Below the pieces are notes generated by a model. The model worked only from the letters and a program-made list of their open reading frames with translations. It was not told the DNA's origin and did not search any database. Shown one piece after another: positions 25,777 to 37,685 of a stretch of DNA of 64,000 nt (positions within the stretch are counted from its first letter, which is position 1; each line of letters begins with the position of its first letter). Source of the DNA: Amoebophrya sp. A120 (Eukaryota > Protista > Dinoflagellata); the NCBI GenBank assembly GCA_905178155.1, contig CAJINV010000010.1:791188-855187 (forward strand), written 5' to 3'. Made by a program: the position numbers and the translations under genes.

Positions 25777-28277
25777 ACTCAAGAAACGGCCCGGTGGAAG
25801 TAGTACAGGAAAAAAAGCAAAGCGCCGCTCAAATCACATCAGCCTGCCTTTTGTTGTTCCTTGACGTCGTAAAACCGAATTCCAAATGTACTCATCCTTA
25901 AAACTTGCGCCTGCGGACAGTAGGTGGCAGTACCAATGTGCTACATTATTTTCTGTAGCGTGAAAATGAACCCGATTTTTGAAGATCAGGTTGAGGAAGA
26001 ACTTGTTATTGCGAAAAGAACCCGGCGCCAGTACCTGCGAAGCCATTTGTGTTCGAGTTGTATTTAGTCCAGTGTTCTTTCTACTTCCTTACCCTGTTGT
26101 ACTTTCGGTAGTATGCATAGACGTTGAAGTGACGTTGTGAAATTCAAGTCTTGTAGCGCAGGCACCGGTCGTTTTCAATTGCCATTGATGTGGCTGCTGT
26201 CGATCGGTACTCACTATGGTGACGAATCAATCCTTATCCTCTGTCTTGCATCGAGCGATGATAGAAATCAGTATCAGCACTCGGTTTTCGTTTCGGTATT
26301 GCTACGGTTTGCTCTACGTTCCAGAACCTTTGTAAGTACTAAGTCCCAGGTCTTCTACTTTCGCAGTTTAGTATAGACGTTTCTACCACTGCGAGGATTT
26401 TATTATTTTGCGGAATCCGATATGGTTACCGTTACCCTTACCGTTATGGACAACGACAAGAAAGAACAAGTCAGGACCTACCCTTCTTGAGCTTCTACCC
26501 CTATGGTTTTGCTGCTACCTCCCCTGCAGAATTTTTGCTACTTCTTGAGCTGTTATTAGTTCATCGTGTGCAGTAGAGTATTTTTTTCAAGATAAACATT
26601 CATACATCCTCGTATCGTGCCTCACTAGCGTTCTATTTTGAGCGCAAGTATAGCGTTTTTGTTATTTTTGAGTTGGTCAAGAATTTTCAGCCACAACTCC
26701 GTGTTTATTGGTTTATCCTTTATTATGCGTTCTGCGAAGACAAACATTTTTTTTTGTGGAAGAAAATACACACGCTTGAGCGGAGAATAAACCTCTGCAG
26801 AAATAGTTGCAGGAAAAGCATCCGGAACGAACGAACAGGTTGGCAACTAAAAGTAAACGTACGTCAAAAAAAATGTTGATCCGCACGACGAACAGCAAGT
26901 TAGTTGCGGTATTCGCAACCCTTGATGTCCTCGGTTTTTTATTATCAAATGCAAATATGTCTGGGTCTGGAAACTTGTGATGCTGGGTGGCGTATCATGA
27001 GGAGGCCACAACTGCTGGCTTAGCATGACAAGTTTCTGAGCTTCTAGGTGTTGCCTATTCTGCATGACAAACTGCGTTTCTGCATGACAGAAAAACGGAC
27101 CTCCTGGGTAGCGTGCATGACAGATTTAACAGTCATGACTCAAGAAGCGGCCCGGTGGAAGTAGTACAGGAAAACATGCAAAGCGCCGCTCAAATCCTAT
27201 AAGCCGGCTTTTTGTCGTCCCTTGATGGAAAACCGAAGTCCAAATGTACTCATCCTTAAAACTTGCGCCTGCGGACAGCAGGTGGCAGTACAAAGAATGT
27301 GCTACATAATGAACCCGATTTTTGATTACTTTGGGGAAGAACAAGAACTTATTGCGAAAAGAACCCGGCGCCACTACCTGCGAAGCCATTTGTGTTCTTC
27401 GAGTTGTCCTTTTATAGTGAATCGTAGTTCTTCAATCATTGATGAGGACGTTGCGAAATTCAATATCTTCTAGCCTAGGTAGCTGCATCGGTCGTTTTCA
27501 TTGCCACTAGATACATCATCACAGGCACTCCAGTTCATCGGTACTCTGCTCTAAAGCTGATGAATCTTCTGTATTCCATCGAGCGATGATAGAAATCAGT
27601 ATCAGCACTCGGTTTTCGTTTCGGTATTGCTACGGTTTGCTCTACGTAGTTCCACGACCTTTGTAAGTACCAAGTCCCAGCTCTTCTACTTTCGCAGTTT
27701 AGTATAGACGTTTCTACTACCTCCACTGCGAGGATTTATTTTTTTGCGGAATCCGATATGGTTACCGTTACCGTTATGGACAACGACAAGAAGAACAAGT
27801 CAGGACCGACCCATCTTGAGCTTCTACCCCTATCGTTTTGCTGCTACCCCTGCAGAATTTTTGCTACAACTTCTTGAGCTGTTATTAGTTCATCGTGTGC
27901 AGAGTATTTTTTTGAAGATAAACATTCACACATCTACTTTCTATCGTGCCTTTACTAGAGTTCTATAATTTTGAGCGCAAGTAGAGCGTTTTTTTTTTAT
28001 TTGGTTGTTTATTGGTCAAGAATTTTCAGCTACAACTCCGTGCTTAGTGGTTTATCCTTGATGCGTTCTGCGAAGACAATTTTTTTTTGTGGAAGAAATA
28101 GAAAATAAACACGCTTGAGCGGAGAATATTAAACCTCTGCAGAAATAGTTGCAGGAAAAGCATCCGGGGCGAACAGGTTGGCAACTATACGTACGTCAAA
28201 AAACATGTTGATCCCCGCGACGAGATATAGCAAGGTAGTTGCGGTATTCGCAACCCTTGACGTCCTCGGTTTTTTAT
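25777..28277 (+). repeat. Tandem duplication of about 1.15 kb (25777-26942 and 27138-28277)
   Basis: Both copies start ACTCAAGAA.CGGCCCGGTGGAAGTAGTACAGG and end CCCTTGA.GTCCTCGGTTTTTTAT, with colinear interiors. Confidence 0.92.
26943..27137. mobile_element. Truncated introner family A at the duplication junction
   Basis: Left TIR intact, right TIR missing. Confidence 0.85.
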
Positions 28278-31200
28278 TCCAGCACATCAAAACCGTCCGC
28301 AGTGAAGAGCGTGTTCCTAGTACCGGTCCCGCGACGGAGGTGGCACAACAACAAAATCCACAGCCAGCTAAAGATTCCCGTCGTCTGTTCCACAGCGCGA
28401 ATCTGGCTCTGGATTCCGTCCTGGGCGGTTCCTGCGAATCTTGCGGCGACACGCAGCAGGGCCAGGGGTCCTGGGACAACCAGTTTCGGTGCTCGGAGCA
28501 GGGAGGCGGCGTCCACCAAATTTGCTACCGGAACATCCGGAACAGCGGGCTGTCCGCGAAAACCGGCCAGCCTACCACACAGAAACAAGCAGGCAGGTCA
28601 GATTATTTGTAATGCAAAAATAAATACACAAGATCACCCCTGCGTATCCATATCCTCAACAGCATGCTATGGCGTCGCCCATGGCAAATTTTTCGGTGTA
28701 TTTGTTTTTGCATTTATACAAATGTGCCCTGCTAGCGTTTTCCTCTGGGATACAGCCAAACTGGAGCGACGACCGGTGCGAAGACTGCAACCACTGCGTC
28801 TGCCTGGGCGCGTGGGCACTGTACGTGGCGAAGGGCGGGCGCCGGTTGTCGCGGTCCGCGGAAAAGTGGCGGGAGTTGCGGGATAAAGATTTCGAGCCGA
28901 TGGACGTCGCGAGCAAAACCCCTCCGTTAAAGCGGCTGCTGTTGTCCAAGAAGATGCCGCACAACATGCTGAAGTGCACGGCGATCCCGGAAACCGCGCT
29001 GCAATACCGGTACGTGAATAATTGGAACACGTGGAACGGACACGAACTACCAAACCAGGTGATTGACGGGGTAGAGGAGTTATCCTGTGCAAAAGTATCG
29101 TACTCGTATTGCAATCATGCATTACAAATCTTCTTTTTAAGGTAAATCTGCATTACAAATTTCATTTCTCATGCTGAGGAAATTTGTAATGCATTTATAG
29201 GAGGACGATACTTTTGCAGTTCATAGGAGTTGGTGGCGCAGTGCCTCGAACAGAGCTCGACGGCCAACCAGAAGAAACATCTGACGGATTTGTACTGCGG
29301 GATGGCATATCCACTGCAAATATGGATCTGGGTCTGGAAGGATGCAGGGTCTGTCATGCTTGTCTGGCATGACTGAAGAGCTTGTGATGCGCGTCCAAGA
29401 ACAGACCCTTTTGCTTGTTATGCAAGACGCACTTTGTCATGCGGAAACCGCAACACTTAGGCACGAAAATATTTCTCATCATGCTTGGCTGTGCATTACA
29501 GAGCATTCAATATTTCCAACTCAGCATCACAAGTTTCCAGAGCCACACGTATTTGCAGTTGATATGGCTCTGCAAACATCCTCACTGAACACGCGGCCGG
29601 CGTACAACGAACTGTGCAAGGGATATGGAACTGTCAGGATCGAAATCGTCAAAGTTGAAATGATTTGCCATGCATAAAATGGATGCCAGTTGTAAGTCCC
29701 GCATGACAAATTTGGGTGGAACGGAAATCCAGTTTGTCATGCTGTCTGGGTAAGGGCGACGCCTTTTGTCATGCTACTTTGGCAGCGTCATTCCTACCCC
29801 ACCTCAAAACAGGCTTACAAGCTGGCTCACTTGCCGACTCCGCAAGACAGGCGCTTCGTGGGTTGCGTTTTGTGCATGACAAATCATTTCAACTTTGCCG
29901 ATTTCGATCCTGACACATCCATAAGGGGGAATCGCAGCCGGCGCCCGCCCCCGCGGCCGCCCCTGCGATGAGCTACGTGGCCCCGACGCCAGCAGCAAGC
30001 GCGCAGCAGGTGTCGACGGGGGTGCAACCCAGCAGCACTACTTCGACCGTCAATGCGCAAGCTCCGCCCACCCAGAACAACCCGCCCATGATTGCGGCCG
30101 CGCCAGGAGCTAGTGGTAGTGGCGCCGTCAGCACGACGTCAAGCAGCACTGGGAATTCCGTGTCCGCGCGCCAGCCGGCGGCAGCGTCGGGTGCCACGTC
30201 AGCCGAGCGCGTCAACCCAACCTCCTCGCAGGACACCAGAATAAACCGCTCTTCCTATCCTGAGTAAAAACGTCCCCACACCATAGTCAAGATGGGGAAT
30301 CGGCTAGACAAATCAGCCAGCTTTGGTTGTTTGGCATGACAAGTTTGTCCGCGTAGTGTAGTGCTGTTTGAGCTAGTTTAGCAGCGTTACAGATCTAGTA
30401 TCTCGCGCTGATTGGAGCATGACAAATTTCAAAACCGCGCTAGAAAATGCTTCTCATGGGGCTCCGCATGAGAAACATTTTAAGCATGCAGAGTTGCATG
30501 ACAACTATGGTGTGGGTACGTTTTTACTCAGGATACTTCCTCGTCAGGAGGCCAGCAGGCGGTGCAGACGAATTTCAAAATCAGCTCGAAGTATCCTATG
30601 TAAAAACGCACCCCATAGTCAAGATGGGCAATCTGCAAGACAAACCTTGAAGTTTTGGGAGTCACGCATGACAAGTTGCGGGCTGTGCTGTAGTTTAGCT
30701 TAGCAAGGGAAGCCGCATAATAAATCCATCTCCTTATCCTGCCTACAGCATTACAAGTTCCAAAACACGATGGGAAATGCCTCTCATGGGGATGCGCATT
30801 ACAAATGCTCTTGTGCTTGCAAATCTGCATGACAACTCTGGGGGGGGGACGTTTTTACTCAGGATACGAAGGTCAGCGGCTTCAACAACCTGATCGAGGC
30901 CCGGGCGGTGCTGCACACGGGAAACACGAATTTGGTGAGCAACTTGTGCCGCAGCTTCGTGCAGACAGTCGGGGCGAGCTCGGACGATTGCGTTGTCAAC
31001 CGGATTATCAAATGCAAAAATGTCTGGGTCTGGAACCATGCGCGATTTGTCATGCAGCTTTTCCATGACCCTTGAGGTCTGGAAAGCAGGACGTAGCATG
31101 ACAGATTCTGTGCGATCTCTCTCATGCCCATCCTGCATGACAAACTCCCTCCCTAGTTGGTCAAAACTGGACGACTTTTGGCAATCATGCAGCACAGACT

Positions 31201-31672
31201 TTTGTATGCTTCAGATTTAGCATGACAATTTGCAGCATTCTTCCAGACCCAGACACTTTTACATTTCATACGGATTGTCGTGACAAGCAGCCGGCGGTCG
31301 TTGGGAGAAAGTATGCCTGAGGGTCATGATGATGTGCTTGTTGAACCGACCAAGGAAACACACGACCGAAACCTCCAAACGCAACAGTTCAATATGCAGA
31401 CCGACATTTCCCTGACCGCGCAAACGGCGCAGCAGGCCAGCATGTTCGAATCCCGCGTGTCTACCGCTCCGGCAGTGGTGGAGGCGAGCATGAATCAGGC
31501 CATGCCCACCGGCGTCCTGCTTACCGGCTCGTCCACGGCACTGGGGGGCCGGACGGTGGTGAGTAGCGGAAGCAGCATGACAAGTTTCGCACTGAGCAGC
31601 GACCGAGTGGGGGGGATGACGGGCGTCGTGAAAGCGGTGTTCGCCGTGGTTGCCGCCTTTCTGTTTTTGTAA
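28205..31672 (+). CDS. Uncharacterised Cys-rich protein, probably secreted and membrane/GPI-anchored
   Basis: Open across 7 introners. Hydrophobic N-terminus, Cys-rich domain (GGVHQIC...NHCVCLGAWALY...LKCTAIPETAL...NWNTWNGHELP), Ala/Pro/Ser/Thr stalk, hydrophobic C-terminus VVKAVFAVVAAFLFL*. Confidence 0.75.
28573..28752. mobile_element. Introner family F
   Basis: TSD CAGCC. Confidence 0.85.
29081..29225. mobile_element. Introner family D
   Basis: TSD GGAGT. Confidence 0.9.
29308..29564. mobile_element. Introner family A
   Basis: TSD TGGCA/TGGCT. Confidence 0.88.
29624..29923. mobile_element. Introner family G (TATGGAACTGTCAGGATCGAAAT TIR)
   Basis: TSD AGGGA/AGGGG. Confidence 0.9.
30256..30535. 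mobile_element. Introner family C
   Basis: TSD CTTCC. Confidence 0.9.
30592..30866. mobile_element. Introner family C
   Basis: TSD CGAAG. Confidence 0.9.
31006..31270. mobile_element. Introner family A
   Basis: TSD CGGAT. Confidence 0.9.
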
Positions 31673-33179
31673 ATCTGGTAAACCAAAGAACGACCGGTTA
31701 TTTTCAGACGGAGAAGCAGATGCAGTACAACAACGAACGTCAACGTGAAGAAGCTCCTGCCCATGCAACTGGGCTGGCAAATGAATAATAATTCGGAGGG
31801 TTTTGAAGAAATACGACGAATTTGAATTCGACCGTGGTGTTTTATTTGCAACACCCATCCTGTCGAGAGTGAAAGTATCGACAAGCATGCTGGTCTCACT
31901 TTTGTACGTACGGAGTTTTTTACAGCGGAAGGCATGAAGATTTGAAAAAATACGGAGTTTGTATCTTGTCACAATCTTGTTAAGGATTTAATGCACTGAG
32001 GTCTACCAATTATGAGCCTTTTTTTTTTTGCGAGTTTACCTTTTTCGCTTTCGAGTTCTTGTTAACATTTATTCGGACATGCCGGAAGATGTCGTGCATG
32101 TTTACAACACGACCCGGAAAGAGCTATATGTTTTTCTCTTTAATTCTATTTTTCAATTTAGGTTAACGTTACGTCGTGAACCAGCATTGTATAGTTTCAA
32201 AAACCACTGCTAAAAAGTAGTCAGTTTATCCCTAAATATTTTTCGTGCAGATTTGCTAAGTATATGGTTCACTAGAGTGAGGTCGAGAGCCTTGCGATTT
32301 TTTGTTCTTGTTCTTAAGTACCCTCATAGATATGCAACTACTATTTTCATTGATGTGCAGCTCGAAACTTCATCTTGAAATGAAAAAATAAACAGCGTAT
32401 GTTGAAGCACTTTGTTTTGAACGTGTGTGCAGAAAAATTTTGATGACGACTCGTCAACGATTCCCCGTGACAAGAATCGATGCGGTTTTTCAAATCGCGC
32501 AACAGTGTGACTGCTAGATCGTGTGCAACAGCAGTAGCAGTAGAAGACTTTGTGCGTTTAGGAAGAAATTTGGCTTGCTTCTTTTTCCTTTATCCAGGAC
32601 CCGAAGCTGCTGAGGAAACAACTTTGTCGAGCGATGCGTGAGCAGTGTGATTACGATTAGTTAGTAGAGAGGGCGCAAAATAAATATCGTGTGCGGGTGG
32701 AAAACGTAGCCTGCGCGTGTCGGGTTCGCTCTAGTTCTTTCTGCTGGGCGAGATTCTGGGGCACCAACGTGATCGCCGCCCCAGTTTTGAAACGGGCGGC
32801 GCGCCACGGGGGCGTTTTCGGAGCGAGGGGCTTTGGCGGGGGCGATGCGGTGCGCCGATAACTTCGGGGCGTTGATGCTCTCCTGGTGCCCGCGGGCGGT
32901 GCTTTTGGCGCCGGCGGGGCGGCGGGCGCGGGACGCCCGCCCTGTGCCGGCGCGCGCCTACCCGGGCTACAGGCTGCGCCCACATTCTTTTCGGGTAGTC
33001 GGCGTCTGAATGGCCCGCGAGCATCCGGTCGCCATTTTGGCGTCCCCGAGCGCGTGACGTGGCTGGCCAGCGCGGCATGTTTTGGTCTCTACGTTCCGCT
33101 TATGTCGCCAACTGGTGCTCCTGGTCGAGCAGTTGCCCCGCTCCGGTAACAAAGAGGATGGCGTGGCTTCTTTTCTTGC

Positions 33180-36100
33180 ATGCTGGTTGTACCACCTTGT
33201 ACTACTACAGCCACAACGAGTAGTACTATTAGCAAATCGAAAATTTTTTCAATATTGCAACGACCTCAGAAGTTCAAGTTGTCCTGTGCCATCGTGGTCA
33301 GCTCATGTGCCATGCACCCACAGAAATTCTCTCGTCACAATCTCGGGCAACGCATCTTATTTCGCATCCGCCGGTCCGGAGCCTGGTACAACCGCGCACC
33401 TGCGGCAGAAGTGGCGGATTTTTTCCAACAGTCCCCGGCGGAGATCATCAGAAATTCTGGGAGCAGGTCCACTCCTCGCGACCACCTCCTCCACCACACA
33501 GCCGCATTCAACGGGCCCAAAAACCGCGAGTGGCGGCGGAAATGGCGGCAGCGCGCGAAGAAAGCCGCGGTGGGCGGCACCGTGCTCGCCATCGCGCTGG
33601 AAGCCCACAATCTTTATGCACTGCAAAAACGTCTGCGTCTGGAAGGACGCGAACTTGTCATGCTAAGTCTGCATAGTACAAAAATTTGCGTTGCAAGATC
33701 ACCAAAAGCTGTCCACTTTTGAACAAGTTTAGAGGCAGTTTGTCATGCAGGATAGGCATGAAAGAGACCTCTCAGAACCTGTCATGCTAGGTCCTGCATT
33801 CCAGACCTTATGGAGCATGGAAAATATGCATGACAAGCTTGCAATCTCCCAGACATCCAGGGATATTTGCGCTGTATAATCTTCTTTACGACACCATGAT
33901 CACGCTCGAGCGGGGCGGCACGCGCGCCGCCGAGGTATCGAAGAAAAAAACATTGTTGGTGTAACTTTGTGATGCACAACATGCAAAGTCATATTGGCTG
34001 TCATGCTGGGCATCCATGGTAAGGTCCATTCAATCGCGTTTTCACGTACAATCTGCGCATGACAGGTTTTTCCTCTCATGCCAGACAAAGTTGTAATGCT
34101 GTTCCTCCAAAAAAGTTACACTTACAATCTTTTTTTCTTGGATACGAGGCGGCCGAGGAATACTTGCGGCAGTACGACTATTCGGAGCATCAAGAAGATG
34201 GTCAGGTTTCTAATGGTACACAGCACTCGCCCGGCCATCATGCTTCTCAACACCCGCCAGTCTGTAGCAGCTGCTGTGCCATTGAAGATAATATTTTAAA
34301 CACACACAATCACAAGAAAATGAATACAAAACTCACGCTCCTGCAACGGCACCAGCAGTCCGCGAAGCAGCGGGCCTGTTCCCAGGCGAGCCTCCCGGTG
34401 ACCGAGAGCCAGACGGTATCAAATGTAAAAGTGTCTGGGTCTGGAAGAATGCAACTTGTCATGCTAAGTCTGAAGCATCCAAAAATCTGTGCTGCATGAT
34501 TACCAAACGTCGTCCAGTTTTGACCAAGTCGGGAGGGAGTTTCTCGTGCAGGATAGGCATGAGAGAGATCGCGCAGAATCTGTCATGCTAGGTGCTGCAT
34601 TCCAGACCTCATGGGTCATGAAAAAGCTGCATGACAAATCGCGCATTCTTCCAGACCCAGACACTTTTACATTTGATAGACGGGCAACCTGGAACTCGAC
34701 CGGAACGTGACGCGATGGCTATCAGAAGGAAAAATCCCCCCTCCCCATATCGAAAACGAAATTTGTGATGCTGTGTTTGGGTACACAAAATTGTGTTGCA
34801 GTAGAGGACTGTACGCAGATCGTAAGCCTAGGTAAGGGCCTTTTGGTGTAGGCCCCTAGCACGGTAGACAGCTACCGTGTAGGCCTGGCAGCATTACAAA
34901 TCGCCTGCATAACGAACGCGGCGGACAGCCCGGGCGTGTCTTCTTGCAAGACAGACCCGACTTGTGCTCACGAATCTGCATCACAAATTTTCAGGACGGC
35001 GCGCTTTCAATATGGGGTGGGAGGGGGGATTTTTCATTTTCATAGTGGCGCGAAAAAATCTTCGCGCGGGCGAGCGGCCGGTGTGTCGAGCTGGGGGCGG
35101 GCGGGTGCGGTGCGGTTTGGCGAAATTTAGAGGTTATCAAATGTAAAAGTTTCTGGGTCTGGAAGATTGCCAGGTTTGTCATGCACATTTTGCATGACTC
35201 CTGATGTCTGTGATGCATGCCCTAGCATCACAGAGTCTGTGAGGGATTCCTGATGCCTATACCGCATGACAAATGCTCTGTCCGTGTAGCAAAACTTGGA
35301 CTCTCTTTGCTGCTCATGCAATACAGATTTTTTTAGAATCCAAAATCAGCATGACAAGTTGGATTTTTCCAGACCCAGACATTTTTACAGTTGGTAGAGG
35401 TGTTTCAGAAGTGGAACCGCATTGAGGAGTTGGTTGTCGTGGACGGGAACAGGAAGCAGTTGGAACATCTGTATGCTATGTAAAAACGCCCCCACCCCAG
35501 AGTTGTCATGCAAAAATGCATGCTCAGAATGTTTCTCATGCGGAGCCCCAGGAGAAGCGATTCCTAGTCGTGTTGTGGAATTCGTAATGCTCCAATCAGC
35601 ATAATAGGCTAGATTTGCGATGCTTCTGAACGAGCTGAACAGGATTACACTACAAGGCCAAAAATCTTGTCATGCGCAACAGCCTAAGCTTTTTGAGTTG
35701 TCTAGCAGATTTCCCAGCTTGCCTATGGGGCGGGGAGGCGGTCTTTACTCAGGATAGTCTGAAGCAGTTGTTTCGTAACGATTTTTCTGACCCTTCGCCG
35801 ATGAAGAAGAAGAACTCTAGTGAGAGCAGGAGCTGCAGGGAAATATTAAACACGTCTACTTCATCTGCTCGTCCGGAGCTCGCCGTCTTGCAGCCCGGGA
35901 CGACAAGCGAAGGAGGCTGCACTAGTACGCTTCTTCAGGAGCGGCCGACAGCCCCCTCGAGTGCGAAGAAGAAGAAGAGCAATTTCAGGGTGCAATTCGT
36001 GCGTGCAGACGCGGCAGCTGTGCAGAAAAAAGAGCTCCTGAGAGAAGTTGTAAATGACCTGCACCATCGATCCACCGTCGATCGTCCCAATTTCGATACC

Positions 36101-36971
36101 GTGTGCTGCTCCTTTCTCCTGTCCTATTCCGAATTTCCGGAGCAGATCCTTCACAATGCGGCGGCTCTGTTGGAAGAGGACGACCAGACGAGGGCCCCCA
36201 GCGAAAAAAAAATTCTGCTGCTCGAGCGGGGCCGGAGCAGCTATGGCTTGATTCGCTGGCTCACCCGGAGAAGCCACCTCGCGAGTGAGGTAGGGAGTGA
36301 GGCACGGGTCAGTAGTGATTTTTATCTCAATTGTTATAGTGCTGTGATCAGCTACAGCTACTGGATTTTAACTTCCTCGATACACAGAATCTCGTACAAG
36401 AGATTGAATCTCATCTCCGCAGGTGAGGGGTGCTTGGACTAATGGACGCTGTGTACTAGCTGAAGAATATCTTTCTTAATGACAATAGCACAGTGACAGT
36501 TGTGAATGTGATCGTGGTCACACGACTTACGTTCCCACTCCATAACCTGCTTCGGGCGACGAGGCAGGGGGCGAGAGTGAAGTGACGGAGTTTGGGGAGA
36601 CGGTTCGGATGGACGTCCTGAAGGTGGTGCGTGACTTTGTGGACCGGCAAAGGCGCACTCTCGGGGCCGAGTGGAGCGTGAACGTCACTACGCGGGGGAT
36701 GGGGCACTTTTACCTGGTCGAGCTGAAGAAACAGGAACGGCGCGACGGCGTTGCCGCGGCAGGCCCTTGTAGTGAAGCAGACGATGCAGGAAATTATGCA
36801 GCTGATAATTTTTGTAAGAGAACTAGTACGGAAGCAGAAGCAGTGGCTCTTTCAGGAACAAGGTCGTCCGCCTTATCTTTTGTCACCCTAACAGAGGAAG
36901 CGATAGCTGAAATGGAAAAGACGAATGAGGTAGTGGAAAAGTACCACTATGACAAGTTGAGCAGAGCATGA
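33180..36971 (+). CDS. Class I SAM-dependent methyltransferase, OMS1-like
   Basis: Spliced frame (6 introners + 1 inferred GT-AG intron): ASGRCVELGAGG (motif I), FVRADA, FDTVCCSF, KILLLERGRSSY, RGMGHFYLVE. Confidence 0.75.
33615..33878. mobile_element. Introner family A
   Basis: TSD ATCTT. Confidence 0.88.
33936..34144. mobile_element. Introner family H (TATC.AAGAAAAAAAC TIR)
   Basis: TSD CGAGG. Confidence 0.9.
34417..34678. mobile_element. Introner family A
   Basis: TSD GACGG. Confidence 0.9.
34720..35044. mobile_element. Introner family B
   Basis: TSD ATGGC/GTGGC. Confidence 0.88.
35135..35396. mobile_element. Introner family A
   Basis: TSD GAGGT. Confidence 0.9.
35472..35756. mobile_element. 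Introner family C
   Basis: TSD ATCTG/GTCTG. Confidence 0.85.
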
Positions 36972-37685
36972 GCTGACTAGAATCTTCGGAGAGGAAATAA
37001 ATATTGGCTCGCTGGATCGTAAAAGATTTTATCTGCACGGGAGGTGAAGCTGCTTGATAGGAAGAATTCAGATGTTGTTCACTAGTGCTAGAAGCTTCGC
37101 GGCTCACATCTTAAATTCTCGTCGCTGGATCACAACGCGAAAGGTGTTTTTATTCGGTGACACCATTTATTTCTTGCGAGTTGAAAAAGTGATTGCAGAA
37201 GCGCCAATAATTTTACTAGATGCGGGCAGCATTGAAAGAAGCGGTTCATGCAGGGATCTTTTGCAAAATTCAGATCATGCCACGACCAGATTCAGATCCT
37301 GTAGCGAAATTCAGATCAGCGAGATGTGACTAGACTAGAAGGAATAAAATTCTAGTTCTCAAACTCGTTCTATTATGCCACCAGGTCTTCGAAGATCTTC
37401 AGAAAGCATGAGCATGATAGTACACAACGACGACCAGGCTCGCTTTTGATAGAAAGGGTAGACAACATAAGTAGACAATTCATTGCGACAACGAGGCTAG
37501 GCTGATCGGGACCCATTGTTCTGTTGTTCCGGAGCTGGTATTATACAAGTAGTCTTTTGATGTGGTAGATTCATTTGGTTCACAGTTTATTCCCTTGTTC
37601 GTGTGCTGGAAGAACGACTTTGTAAGTACAAGTGAAGGACTTTAAGTACGACCCTGTAGTTTTTGAAGCAGGAACAAAAACTACC

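Noticed and set aside
32657-33150. GC-rich hairpin-containing block upstream of the OMS1-like gene
   Set aside because: No definable termini, TSD or second copy in the window, so promoter cannot be told from TE remnant.
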